From: the human T2T-CHM13v2.0 reference genome, Homo sapiens
Assembly (NCBI RefSeq): GCF_009914755.1
Contig: NC_060926.1
Strand: one strand, 5' to 3'
Length of the DNA stretch: 64,000 nt
In this document: one piece after another, positions 17,248 through 35,872 of the stretch
How the letters are laid out: each line of letters starts with the position of its first letter
Numbering within the stretch: position 1 is the stretch's first letter
Program-made: the position numbers and the translations under genes
Notes under the pieces: model-generated
What the model was told of the DNA's origin: nothing
Databases searched by the model: none
What the model saw: the letters and a program-made list of their open reading frames with translations, nothing else

Positions 17248-17421
17248 CATTTTTTTCTTTATAAAGGGACTTCGTTTTTTTTTGTTTTGTTTTTTGTTTT
17301 TTTAAATCTGCATGCATTTGTGTTTGTTGTTTATATGTGCATATGTATGTGGAAGTGAATGAGGGAGAGAAGAAAGGAAGAAAAAGCTGTTTAAAAATTC
17401 TAGTCTTGGGACTTCCTTGGG

Positions 17422-17690
17422 CAAACCAAACACCACATGTTCTCACTCATAAATGGGAATTTAACAGTGAGAACACATGGACACAGGGAGGGGAATATCA
17501 CACACTGGGGTCTGTTGGGGTTGGGGGCAAGGGGAGGGAGAGCATTAGGACAAATACCTAATGCATGCGGGGCTTAAAACCTAGATGACGGGTTGATGTG
17601 TGCAGCAAACCACCATGGCACATGTATACCTATGTAACAAACTTGCACATTCTGCACATGTATCCCAGAATTTAAAGTATTTAAAAAAAA
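17422..17690 (+). mobile_element. L1PA (PA7/8-like) 3' end
   Basis: aaaccaaacaccacatgttctcactcata...tatcccagaatttaaagta plus A-tail. Confidence 0.9.
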
Positions 17691-18826
17691 GTTTACAAAT
17701 GTTATCTATGTATTATAATTAATAATATGAAAAATTCTTGTCAGAAATATACATTGGCAAATAGTTTTTTAATGACAATAGGAAGAAAACCTGTAAGGTA
17801 GATGTTCTTCTTTGTCTCTGAAACTGTTAATGCATTACCATAGTTTTGGAAATTATATTTCTCATCATGGACTCAATTTCCCATCCTGTAATTAGGTACT
17901 CTAAAAGAAAGAGGTTTAGGTTTTTGTAAAGTGGAACTTTAACACTGGTAATTAGAGTTAACCCTTTTTTTGTCATTGAGAAAGTGGGAAGTGATTACTT
18001 GGATTTATTTAGAATAATATTGAGTAGGAATTTTAACTTAGATTAAGAGTTTCTGTATTGATAAATCTTAAGTTTTTTTAATATTATAAACTTACATACA
18101 CAGGAGAGAGTTTATAAAATGTATATGTACAGTTTAAAGAATTTCAGTACAATGGACATTCATGTACCACTATCCACCTTATGAAATACAACATAAAGTG
18201 TTGATAAGTATTTTATATTACCTTATTTCTAATCTGAAATGAATTCAAGCTAACATAGTTATAAAATCTCAGGGTAAAGAAGTTTTCTGGTTGTTTTTTT
18301 AAGACTTAAAAAAGCAATAGAGAGTATTTAAGGGATTATGTGTTGAGATTAGGAAGAGGTTAAAAAGGTTCATCTTTAATGCTGGTATTAAAATACTATA
18401 TATAATAAATTCTTAAACCAAGATAATTTCTCGTTTTCATTAAAACATTGTCATTTAATGTTTTAGGACCGTGCAGCCTGGATTTTTTGAGTCAGTGCTG
18501 ATTTTGATATTTTAATTGTTTCTTGAAACCATTGAAAATTATGGGAATTACAGAATTTTTGTTATTTTGGCTAGACTACATTTTCCTCCAGGTTGACTCA
18601 TCTGGGAATAATATGCAGATTCTTTCTTGGACTTTGGTTTGAGAAAATGTCTTCACGGGTATGGAGAAAAGGATGAAAAATTAAGAGATCCTGCTCTAAA
18701 TCACCATTTAATTATTGGGTCAAATGGATGTAAATTTATACTTTTGATAAATTTTTGCCAGATTGTTCTCATATATAATACGCTAATTTGTACTCCTTCC
18801 ATCAGTATGAGAGTATCCATTACTTT

Positions 18827-20353
18827 TTATTTTTTAATTTTTTAATTTTTATTTTTTTTAGTATTTATTGATCATTCTTGGGTGTTTCTCGGAGAGGGGG
18901 ATTTGGCAGGGTCATAGGACAATAGTGGAGGGAAGGTCAGGAGATAAACATGTGAACAAAGGTCTCTGGTTTTCCTAGGCAGAGGGCCCTGCCGCCTTCC
19001 GCAGTGTTTGTGTCCCTGGGTACTTGAGATTAGGGAGTGGTGATGACTCTTAACGAGCCTGCTGCCTTCAAGCATCTGTTTAACAAAGCACATCTTGCAC
19101 CGCCCTTAATCCATTTAACCCTTAGTGGACACAGCACATGTTTCAGAGAGCACGGGGTTGGGGCAAGGCCATAGATTAACAGCATCCCAAGGCAGAAGAA
19201 TTTTTCTTAGTACAGAACAAAATGGAGTCTCCTATGTCTACTTCTTTCCACACAGACACAGTAACAATCCGATCTCTCTTTCTTTTCCCCACACTTCCCC
19301 CCTTTCTATTCGACAAAACCGCCATCGTCATCATGGCCCCTTCTCAGTGAGCTGTTGGGTACACCTCCCAGACGGGGTGGCGGCCAGGCAGAGGGGCTCC
19401 TCACTTCCCAGACGGGGCAGCCAGGCAGAGGCGCCCCCCACCTCCCGGACGGGGCGGCTGGCCGGGCGGGGGCTGCCCCCCACCTCCCAGATGGGGGGGC
19501 TGCCAGGCGGAGACGCTCCTCACCTGCCAGACGGGGCGGCTGCCGGGCGGAGGGGCTCCTCACTTCCCAGACGGGGCGGCTGCCGGGCGGAGGGGCTCCT
19601 CACTTCTCAGACGGGGGCAGCCGGTCAGAGACGCTCCTCACCTCCCAGACGGGGTGGCGGCGGGGCAGAGACACTCCTCAGTTCCCAGACGGGGTCGCGG
19701 CCGGGCAGAGGCGCTCCTCACATCCCAGATGGGGCGGCGGGGCAGAGGCTCTTCCCATATCCCAGACGATGGGCAGCCGGGCAGAGACGCTCCTCACTTC
19801 CTAGACGGGATGATGGCCGGGAAGAGGCACTCCTCACTTCCCAGACTGGGCAGCCGGGCAGAGGGGCTCCTCACATCCCAGACGATGGGCGGCTGGGCAG
19901 AGACGCTCCTCACTTCTTAGACGGGGTGGCGGCCGGGCAGAGGCTGCAATCTCTGCACTTTGGGAGGCCAAGGCAGGCGGCTGGGAGGTGGAGGTTGTAG
20001 CGAGCCGAGATCACGCCACTGCACTCCAGCCTGGGCAGCACTGAGCACTGAGTGAGCGAGACTCCGTCTGCAATCCCGGCACCTCGGGAGGCCGAGGCTG
20101 GCAGATCACTCGCAGTCAGGAGCTGGAGACCAGCCCGGCCAACACGGCGAAACCCCGTCTCCACCAAAAAATACAAAAACCAGTCAGGCATGGCGGCGCG
20201 CGCCTGCAATCCCAGGCACTCGGTAGGCTGAGGCAGGAGAATCAGGCAGGGAGGTTGCAATGAGCCAAGATGGCGGCAGTACAGTCCAGCCTCGGCTTGG
20301 CATCAGAGGGAGACCGTGCAAAGGGGAGAGGGAGGGGGAGGGGGAGGGAGAGC
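18827..20353 (-). mobile_element. Full-length SVA retrotransposon (older subfamily, B/C-like), antisense to UBR3
   Basis: Poly-T, SINE-R (18860-19350), VNTR (~19360-19940), Alu-like domain, (GGGAGA)n hexamer; 13-bp TSD TATCCATTACTTT at 18814-26 and 20354-66. Confidence 0.95.
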
Positions 20354-20573
20354 TATCCATTACTTTACTACCTGGCTAGCATAGTATGTCATCAAACTTT
20401 TGGTCTTTGCAAATATGATAGGTAGAAAAAAGGTGTTTCAGTCTAGTTTTCTTTCTTTTTTGGCCTGTGTGTTATTTAGAGGTATGTTATTTATTTAATT
20501 TCTAAATTTGGGGAATTTTTAAAGGTATCTTGTTAATGATTTCCAGCATAATTTTATTATGTTTTGTTTTTTG

Positions 20574-21410
<837 letters not shown>

Positions 21411-21524
21411 TTTTTAAGTTACGTTTATTGAGACATATTTTATGACCAGTAGAATGAGTGTCCAGCTTTTGTAGGCTGTAGTGTTATTGTCAATTAGCTC
21501 TAGTTGGTTGATAGTGTTTTTAGG

Positions 21525-21810
21525 AGTTACCTATTGTTGTGTAACAAATCACTCTAAAACTGAGCAGCTTAAGACAACAGGCATTTATTATCTCATAGTT
21601 TCTATGGGCCACGAATTTGAAAGTGGCTTAGCTGGGTGGTTCTGGTATAGCATCCCTCATGAGGTTATAATAAAAATCTAAGTTGGCACTGTAATCTTCC
21701 AGAGGCTTGGTTGGGACTGGAGGATCGACTTCTAAGTGGGTTACTCACATGGCTGTTGACAAAGAGGGTCATTTTCTAACCATGTGGGCTTATCATAAGG
21801 CTGCTTGAAA
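21525..21810 (-). mobile_element. MLT1-family LTR fragment
   Basis: gtgtaacaaatcactctaaaact...catttattatctcatagtttct...ggcttagctgggtggttctgg. Confidence 0.65.
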
Positions 21811-22079
21811 AACTTCCTTTAATATTTCTTGTCACCAGGTATGATAGCAATGAAATGTCCCAGCTTTTGTTTGAAAAGCTTTTTTATTTTTATTTTTTAA
21901 GAGACTGGGTGTTGCTATGTTTTCTAGGCTGTCTTGGCCTCCCAAGTAGCTGGGACTGTAGGTATGTGCCACCACACGGGCTTGAAAGAGTTTATTTCTC
22001 CTCAGTTTTGAAGGGTATTTTCTCTGTGTGTTAAGAATTCTAGATTTTCGATGTTCTTTGTATATTACTTTTCATTTAG

Positions 22080-23512
<1,433 letters not shown>

Positions 23513-24205
23513 CTTATTTTTTAATCTCTACAAGTTTGATACAGTTCTATTATATATCTTCTATTTCCATCATTATGCTTTCATTCCTGTCCTTTCTCTT
23601 CTTGAACAAATGGAAAATAGGTTTGTTAGTCTCATTATCTCCATCACTTTTGGGTCTATGTCTGTTAATTTTCTGCTGGTTATGGATCGTATGTTTCTGT
23701 TTTTGTTTTTTGTTTGTTTTTGCATGCCTAGAAAACATTGATTGTATGCCAGAATTTCTGCACTTTATGTTGTTGATTGTGGATTAAGTTGTCTTCCTTA
23801 GTTAGGGTTGGATTTTGTTATGGAGTGCAGATAAGTTACTTGGACTCAGGGCTTATCTTTAAGCTACATTAGTGTGGGTTCAGAGCAACCTTTAGTCTCA
23901 AGTGAATTTATCTGCACTGGTAATGCAGTGCCCTTCAGAAGATTCTACGTGATTCCCATTTATTTTGAGGTTTCGCCATTCTCGCTGTTGGGAACATGAA
24001 CTAATTGTTTAAGATGAGGGAGTAAATTTGGTCCTTGCTACTCCATCTTGACAAGTTTTTCCTCAGTGTGAGTTTTTCTGTTTTTTTTTCCTCAGTATAG
24101 TTTTAATGTGTTTATTGACTGACTTGAGCATCTTTTCATATGGTTAAGAACGATTGGTATTTCCGTTTCTCATTTTCTCTTGGATTGTCTTAGGAAAAAT
24201 AGCCT

Positions 24206-24760
24206 TGTATTAGTCAGGGTTCTCTAGAGTGACAGAACTAATAGGATATATGGATATATGAGATGGAGTTTATTAAGGAGAATTGACTCACACAATCACA
24301 AGGTAAAGTCCCACGATAGGTCATCTGCAAGTTGAGGAGCAAGGAAGCCAGTGGTGGATCAGCCCGAGTCCCAAAACCTCGAAAGTAGAGAAGCCGACAC
24401 TGCAGCCCTCAGTCTGTGGCCACAGGCCCGAGAGCCCCTGGCAAACCGCTGGTGTAAGTCCAAGCGTCCAAAAGCTGAATGAAGAACTTGGTATCTGATG
24501 TTCAAGGGCAGGATGCATCCAGCACGGGAGAAAGATGAAGTCTGGAAGACTCAGCAAGTCTGGTCTTACATCTTCTCCTGCCTGCTTTTTTCTAGCTGCT
24601 CTGGCAGCTAATTAGATGGTGTCCACCCAGAATGAGGGTGGGTCTGCCTCTCCCAGTCCACTGACTCAAATGTTAATCTCCTTGGGCAATACTCTCACAG
24701 ATACACCCAGGAACAATACTTCGTATCCAATCAAGTTGACAGTCAATATTAACCATCACA
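24206..24760 (-). mobile_element. MLT2A (ERVL) solo LTR, MLT2A2-like
   Basis: tgtattagtcagggttctctagag...ccaatcaagttgacagtcaatattaaccatcaca, 555 bp. Confidence 0.88.
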
Positions 24761-24824
24761 AACTCTTTGACCAGTTATGAGTTGCAAACCTTTTTTCCTA
24801 CTCGTCTTTTCAAAAACAAATGCC

Positions 24825-25180
<356 letters not shown>

Positions 25181-27544
25181 TTATGTTTATTAATTTTATG
25201 TTTATTAATCTTTTATGTTTATGTAGTTATTAAAATCTGGTGGCTTCTAGATTTTGTCATACTTAAGCTGTCTCTTCTACACAATTATTAAGTAACTCTC
25301 CCTACACCAAGTTGCTTCTAGAACTCTAATGATTTCACATTTTACATTTACCTTTTTGATATGTTAGGAATTTATTATCAAGGTATAAGATGTGAGGAAG
25401 TTCCTCCCGCCTACCCCCAACTTTGCTGGTTTACCCAATTATCTCAGTATCATTTCTCTGATTAAGCCCTGTTTTCTGCATAGATTTGAATTTTGCCTTT
25501 ATTGTAAATTCCACATGTATTTGGTTCTATTTCTGGACCCATATTATTTTTCATGTACCGTTACCATATTGTTTGTTTCTGCTTCAAGGTTTCAATGTAT
25601 ATTTACTGTCTTAATAGTTTAATAGATTTTCAACATCTCTATTTTTACTTTCAAGTTTTCTGATCTTATGTGCATGCCGTAATTTAATTTAAAATTTTTA
25701 GTTTTCATAAATTTTTTTTTTCTGGTACCTTAGGGCCCACTAAATAGTACTTAAACCCGTGTAGATGGAATTTAAAGTTTTTTCTTTTCGTTCTTAGAAT
25801 TTATCTAACAGTTTTAGACATGGGATGGAGCTGTACTTTAGTCCTTCCTATTAGCGATGTAGAAATGTATATTTAGAAAAATGGCCCAGGAATATGTATA
25901 GGTGAATTTGGAACTGAATTTCTGATCTCCCTTTCTCTGCTTTGTAGTTTACTTAATTGTATTCATCATCATTGTCTATCTCTGTCCTACAGAATGTTAG
26001 CTTCCCAAAGGCTGGAATCAATACTTCTGATGATTTCAACTTTAAAATAAGTTTTCATCTCTGATAAAGCTACTTCACTTTTATTACTCTTGTTTTTCTG
26101 AATTTTCTTAGTGATTCTTAGTTTTCCATATGAACTTTAGAATCAGCTTGTTTATTCTTTATTGTTATTTTCACTGGATCATATTAAATATATAGATTGG
26201 TTTAGGTAGATATCATATATGTTTATGGTATGCCTTTTATGTCATTTTGGGCTTTATCCTAAATATCTTTTGATAATTTTGTTAAAATTTAGTCAAATAT
26301 GTCATTTAATGTTTCTGAGATTTCCCCACCTGTCAGATGAAGGGCACAGATTATATCATCAGGGCTTTTAACATGGGGCGGGGGTATGACTCTCCAGGAA
26401 TCTCCATGAATTATCCAAAATTATATGCAGAATAATGTGTATCTGTATAATTTGTTGCAAAATAATGTGTAATGTGTGTAGTAAGTTGAGAATGGGATGT
26501 TCTTGCCAAAGGCTTACTTGTAGGGGAGCTTATTATCTCACATACTTTTCAAATTCTTGAAAAATGTGGTTTCGTTATTTGAGTTGGCCTCTCCTTGCCC
26601 TCCTTCTCCCCACCAAATATCAGTAACTTGCAAATAGACCACCAGAACCCCTGCCTCTCCTTTTGTTTCCTCTCTCCTCTACTTCTCCCACAGTCCAGGA
26701 GATTTACTTTTAGTCATTTAAATTTGATTTCAGAGGAATCATAAGGAGAGTTTCTGGGGGTAATGTTCTGTTTCTTGATCTTGAATTGGCATTTACATGA
26801 GTATGTTCATTTAGTGATATTTCATTGAGTTGCATACTTAACCTTTTAGGCAATTTGTTATCGGTTATGCTTCAGTGAAAAATTTTAAAATGATGATGTC
26901 AAACAAAATTTAGAGAAGTCATTTTGTCTAGTATTTTTTTAGTTCTATTTTATCATTCTATTATTGCTGTAACATCCTTCCCCACTAAGGACTATTTAAC
27001 CTTCTTAATCTTGCAAATCTATTGGGTTCCTTGAAGAAAGTTATCTGTGACCTCTGAGCTGCTAATGTGAATGTATTACTTCCTGCCTTATTTTTAATTT
27101 AGAGCTATACCAGTTGTCTAGAAAGCTCTTCTCTTGTTCACTTGGGGAGAGATTGTTAATACATGTTTATATGCAGTTTCATTTGTCAGGTCTTTGACTG
27201 ATTTTACTGGTGTCTTTTGGTTAGCTCACTTGACTTACTGGTTCTATCTGTAGCCGTAGTTCATTGCTGATGAAGTGACATGAATTTTAGGATCAATTTA
27301 GGCGTTATAAATGGAGTAAATTTCTTGATGGCGGAATTGGTACAATCTAAACACACGAAGTAAAAATAGCAAACTTTCTCCCTTATCCTCCTCCAGAGCT
27401 TTGCATGCCTAGCCTACCTCCTTCATGTCATTTTGGCCTGTAGCCTAAATATCACCTCTTCAGAAAGGCCTTCCCTGACAAACCCAATCTAAAGGAGCGC
27501 CATGGATACTTTTTATGTATGGTGCTGTCAAATACTTTCTTTTT

Positions 27545-27757
27545 CTTTTCTTTTTTTTTTGAGACAGGATCTTACTCTGTCATCCAGAATGGAGTGCAGT
27601 GGGATGATCTTGGCTCACTGCAACCTTCTGCGTACAGGTTCAAGTGATCTTCCTACGTCAGCCTCCTGGGTAGCTGGGATTATAGGTGCATGCCACCACA
27701 TCTGGCTAATTTTTGTATTTTTTGTAGGGATGGGGTTTTACAGTGTTGCCCAGGCTA
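27545..27757 (-). mobile_element. Truncated AluJ inside an L2 remnant (~27400-27920)
   Basis: Partial reverse Alu; flanks tcagaaaggccttccctgac and agctccatgaggacaagg are L2-like. Confidence 0.75.
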
Positions 27758-27978
27758 GAAATAATTTCATAGAATTTATTACTATCAGATATTTCCATAT
27801 TCTTGTTTCTCTCTTTCCTCCTTCCTCAGAAAGTTAGCTCCATGAGGACAAGGCCTCCATATTCCCAGGACCTATGTGCCAGGCATGTAGTAGCTCTTCA
27901 AAAAAAATTTGAACAACTGGGATTATTAAATGGGTCGCAGATTATTATTTAATTGGATGCCCTTAAAATAATTTTGTT

Positions 27979-28629
<651 letters not shown>

Positions 28630-29364
28630 TCAGCAAGTCTTTTTCTAAGACTTGATAAAATATTAATAGTAATTTTAAAAAAGATTTTTTTAAGAGACAG
28701 GGTCATGCTATATTGCCCAAGCTGGTCATGAATTCCTGGGCTCAGGCAATCTTCCTGCCTTGAACTGAGTATTATCAATTCTTTATTGAGCATCTGCTAT
28801 GTTAAATGGTCAGTCCCCACACTATGCTTAGCCTGAATTACAAAAACCAGTATTTTTCGTCAGTCTTACAGTATATTACATCCACTTTGGACAGTTCTGC
28901 CGTACTGACACTAGTTCCCAGAGTTTGATTTTTTTACTTTTTTGACCATTAAGTTTTTAATCTCCAGTCTTCTGATACACTTCTGTAACCTCAGTCTCAA
29001 AATTACTTAGACCATTCTTGCTGTTCCTTTGGCTTAGCTACTTGGTACTCTGTTCAAATTTTTCTTTACTCCACCCAGTTGCTCTTTGGAATTGGTTTCT
29101 TTCCTGCACAAAGTGTCCAAGAGAGCTTTCTGTGTTTTCTAATCCTTTCTCTTTCTGCTTTCCAGCTCTCAATTCTTTTATTGCATCCTTCAGTTTCATG
29201 CCCAATTATGTTTTCCTATTCTTCTCTCCTGGCTTTCCTTTCATCCATTTTCTCTCCTTCACATTTATGCTTACAGGCTTTTTAATTAAGTTGTCTTTGA
29301 TCACAACTAGCTCTCTAATCTGTCACACAGGCCAGATTCTCTTTTATCTTTAAAAGCTTTTACA

Positions 29365-29806
<442 letters not shown>

Positions 29807-29837
29807 ATTTAGATATTGTGTGTCCTAGCTGGAAGAA

Positions 29838-30145
29838 GTTTTTTTGTTTTTTTGTTTTTTTTTTTGAGATGAAGTCTTGCTCTGTCATCCAGGCTGGAGT
29901 GCAGTGGCGAGATCTCAGCCCACTGCAACCTCCGCCTCCGGATTCAAGCCATTCTCCTACCTCAGCTTCCTGAATAGCTGGGATTACAGGCATACGCCAC
30001 CATGTCTAGCTAATTTTTGTATTTTTAGTGGAGACAGGGTTTCACCATGTTGGCCAGGCTGGTCTTGAACTCCTGATCTCAAGTGATTCGCCCACCTCGG
30101 CCCCCCAAAGTACTGGGATTACAGGTGTGAGCAACCGTGCCCGGA
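29838..30145 (-). mobile_element. AluS
   Basis: Reverse-complement Alu. Confidence 0.9.
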
Positions 30146-31829
30146 CTGGAAGAAGTTCTTAAATTCATTTTTTCTTTTAAATCAAGGTTTAAACCTTAAG
30201 GTGTAATGCTTCCTAACCTTTATCATAATATGGCAGATGTGGAAAATAGTATTTGGATGGGACACAGAGGCAACTGAGGAGGCTGCTCAGGCTCTGCCTG
30301 TGTGTCTGCCTTGAGGACCAAGGAAAATCCATCTCTGCACTGTAATCTGCTGACCTAACAATTGAAAGACCTACCTGAAGGGTAGATAGACTTCAGCAGA
30401 GTGTGAACATGCTAACTTTTATTTTGTATTTATGTATATATTTTCTTAAGAGTTGTAACTTTCATTAGATTCTCAAAAGGGTCCTTGAAGCAAAAAAGAA
30501 TACCAATGATGTTTTAAATTGTGGAGGTAAAACCAAATGTATGGCATAACTTATTTTTTGTTTTTGGTTTAAATTTTTCCTTTTGATTACAAAGTTGTAT
30601 GTATGTTTGTTATATAAAATTCAAACATTATACGTAGAATTAACGTCCTAAGTAGAAGTATATCATATCATACCCTCAGTTAATTTCTACAAAGTTTGGT
30701 ATGTATTTCTGAAAATGTTTTTCTTCTTATATATATTAACATTTGTTTCCCTTCTCCAAAATAGTATTTATAGAAGAGATTAAATGTATATACAATTCAT
30801 TTCTCACTTAATTTATCTTAGATATAATTATACTTCAGTGCTTATTGATCTACCTCATTTTTGTAAAAATCAAAATATGTTATGGATCTGCCATAGTTTG
30901 GTTCACTTTTCTTCTATGATTAAATGCATGCATTTTTAACTTTTTTATATTGTAAATGGAGGTATAATAAACATCTTTGCAAGCATATTTAGGAGTATTT
31001 CTGTATAATAAATTCATAGAAATGGAAATGCTAAGCTTGTGTTACGAACATTTACAATTTTAATAGATATGGTCAAGTGCCACCAAAAACTCAACCTGTT
31101 TTACACTTCCATGTATACAACAAAAATTTCTGAACATGCTTTCAACGAATTAGTAAAGGGAATCTTTCCTGATCTGCAAGATCAAAAACTGTTTTTATAT
31201 TATGAAAATTTCCAAACACATGCAAAGGTAAATACAATAGGATGTTGAACCTTCCAGTGCCAATCATGCAGACTCAACATTTTTAAAGATTGTAGCCACA
31301 TTTGCTTCAACTGCTTTTTTCCCTTTCGCAGAGTATTTTAAAGCAATTCCCCCAAATCGTGTTATTTTACCCAGACATGCTTCAGCATTCATCTTTAAAG
31401 AGTAGGGATTTTTTTTTCTTTTTAAGATTTTTAGTTTTTTAGTATAGAAAATTTAAAACATATATAAAAGCAGTCAGCACAATGAACCTAACTAGTATGA
31501 TCTTTTTATTAGGGAAAATATCCCTTGGTGTCATTTTTGACTGAAAGACAAATTTAAATTACAATCTTTTAAATGAATTCCTTAAACATCAGAAGAGAGT
31601 ACTTTATTGACTTTGATATCTATCCACATTCTTTTTCATGAACATAACAATGAAACCTCATGTATCTCTCAGTTTCAACAAGTAGCAATTCAGAGCTGCT
31701 CTTGGTAAACTCCCGCCTACTTCCCTTTATCTCACCAAATTATTTTGAAGCAGGTCCCATATATTAGAGCGTTTCATCTGTAAATCCCTGTCTCTGTCTA
31801 AAAGACAGGGAATTTACTTTTTTTAAATT

Positions 31830-32103
31830 TTTTATTTTTATTTAAGACAGAGTCTCATTCTGTCATCCAGGCTGGAGTGCAGTGGCGCACGATCTCAGCT
31901 CACTGCAGTCTCCACCTCCCGGGTTTAAGTGATTCTTGTGCACACCACCACGCCTGGCTAAGTTTTGTGTTTTTAGTAGAAACAGGGCTTTGCCATGTTG
32001 GCCAGGCTGGTCTTGAACTCCTGACATCAAGTGATCTGCATGCCTTGGCCTCCCAAAGTACTGGGATTATAGGCATTACAGGCATGAGCCATTGCACCCA
32101 GCT
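31830..32103 (-). mobile_element. AluS with internal deletion
   Basis: Reverse-complement Alu. Confidence 0.85.
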
Positions 32104-32672
32104 GGGAATTCACTTTTAGTGATAATCACAGTGTTGTTGTCACACCCACATAAAATAATTCCTATATCATCAAATAACCACTAACATTTTCTTGTATAAC
32201 CACAATGGCATTATCACACTAATAAAATCAACTGTAATGAACTAGTACCCAGTTTATAATCAGATTCCCTCGGAAAGGAATTTCCTTTTTGAAAGACTAA
32301 AATATGCCTTTCAAAAATTCTTTTCAGAGTTGGTTTGTTAGAATTGGTTTACATATTGCATGTGCTTATTGGGTGTTTCAAGCCTCTTTTAACCTAGAGT
32401 AGCCCTGGTACTCCTTTATTCCCCTCTGTCACTGACAGGTTACAGAAACTGGGTCAGTTGTCCTGTATAATGTCTCACATTCTCCATTTGTCTATTTCCT
32501 TTTTTGTAGTGTATTTAACGTGTTCATTTATCTCCCGTACGTCTTGTAAATGGAAGTTAGCTCTGGAGACATGGTACCATTCAAGTTCAGTTTGTTTGAT
32601 AAGAACATTTCATAAATGGTGTTGTGTGCTTTACTCACATCACAGTCTCTCTGCCTTTTTTTTTTTTTTTAA

Positions 32673-33005
<333 letters not shown>

Positions 33006-33787
33006 AGATTGATAAGGATGTAATAGTCAGATATTTTTCTTATGTAACCACAATATTGTTATCACACCTAATAAAATTAACTGTAATGAACCAAAGAACT
33101 GTAATGAACTGTAAGTAACTGTAATGAAAATTTCCCCTCAAGCTTTCCTCTAATGGCTCAATTGCATGGGTCAGTTATTTCACTAGATATCACAAAATGG
33201 TTTCTCCAGTTATTCATTTTTTGTTTTAATAAAATTCATTGCTTTATTAGAGAAAACTGGAGCATCTTTCCATTTGTTTATTGGCTGTTTGGTACTTGTT
33301 TTGTGAATTGTTCATGACCTTGCTTGATTTTTCTGTTGAATTCCTTTATTTTTCTTATCCATTTTTGAGAGTTTGTAATCATAGCTATTAATCTTTTATC
33401 TCATTTATAAATTGTAAATATTTTTTCCAGTTTGTTACTGTCTTCTGTGTAGAAGCTTTTGATTTACATAGTCAGTTTTTTTTCTTTTGTGGCTTTTGGT
33501 TTTAAGTCTTAACTTAGGCTTTCTATATTCTGAGATAATGTAGGAAAATAGTTAATTATCTTCCAGGCTCCATTTCTTACATTTGATTTTTAATGTATTC
33601 CAGAATATATTTCGTATATAGTATAAGATAGGAATCAAATTTGCTTCCTGCATTTAAATAATAGTAAATTTTGTTCTAAAGTAGTTTATTAAGTCTTCTT
33701 TCCACTATATTGATTTGAGATGTCACATTTATCACAAATTTGTATGTTCTTTTTCTGGACTTCATTATTGTTCATTTTAAATTAAGT

Positions 33788-35331
<1,544 letters not shown>

Positions 35332-35732
35332 TTACCTATTCATTAATGCAATAAGTTAGAAATAGGAAAAATGTAAATGCTTTTAAAGTGATCAACTTGT
35401 ACTTAATGGTTTAAAAGAGTGGAAGTCATAAAGTGGTACCTGAAAGTAATAAATTTCAGTTAAAAAAAAGTGCCCTGTAATGAGATTTTCTTTTTGTATT
35501 CTACTTGGAGTTTAACTATTAATAGTATGGGTCTTTTCTTGGGAAAAATATACCTGAGTGCCATTTTTTGTATAAACACTGGTTTAAAATTACATTCTTT
35601 TAACCTGGTACCTTAAAAATCATAAAGGAGGATTTATTGGCCTATATTCCATTTACGAATATTGTAAATAGAAATAATATATTTTTAGCTGATTAGACAT
35701 TACTGTTAATTTTTTTCTTTTTCATATTACAG

Positions 35733-35872
35733 GTTTTGCAAAAGGCATCAAATTAAATCAAGTTCAAATATTCCCTGTGTCCCTAAAGACTTACTGATGA
35801 TGTCTGAATTTGTTCTTCCAAGATTTATATTTTGTCTTATTCAGTACTTAAGAGAAGGTTATAATGAACCAG
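35733..35872 (+). CDS. UBR3: UBR3 coding exon (exon 2): end of UBR-box, (G)FCKRHQIKSSSNIPCVPKDLLMMSEFVLPRFIFCLIQYLREGYNEP(A)
   Basis: Pyrimidine tract + tacAG acceptor (35731-32), CAG|gtatgt donor, 140 nt open frame; peptide recognised as UBR3. Confidence 0.95.

Noticed and set aside
19125-20000. 291-aa ORF and overlapping GC-rich ORFs
   Set aside because: Entirely within the SVA SINE-R/VNTR; stop-poor GC-rich repeat, not a gene.
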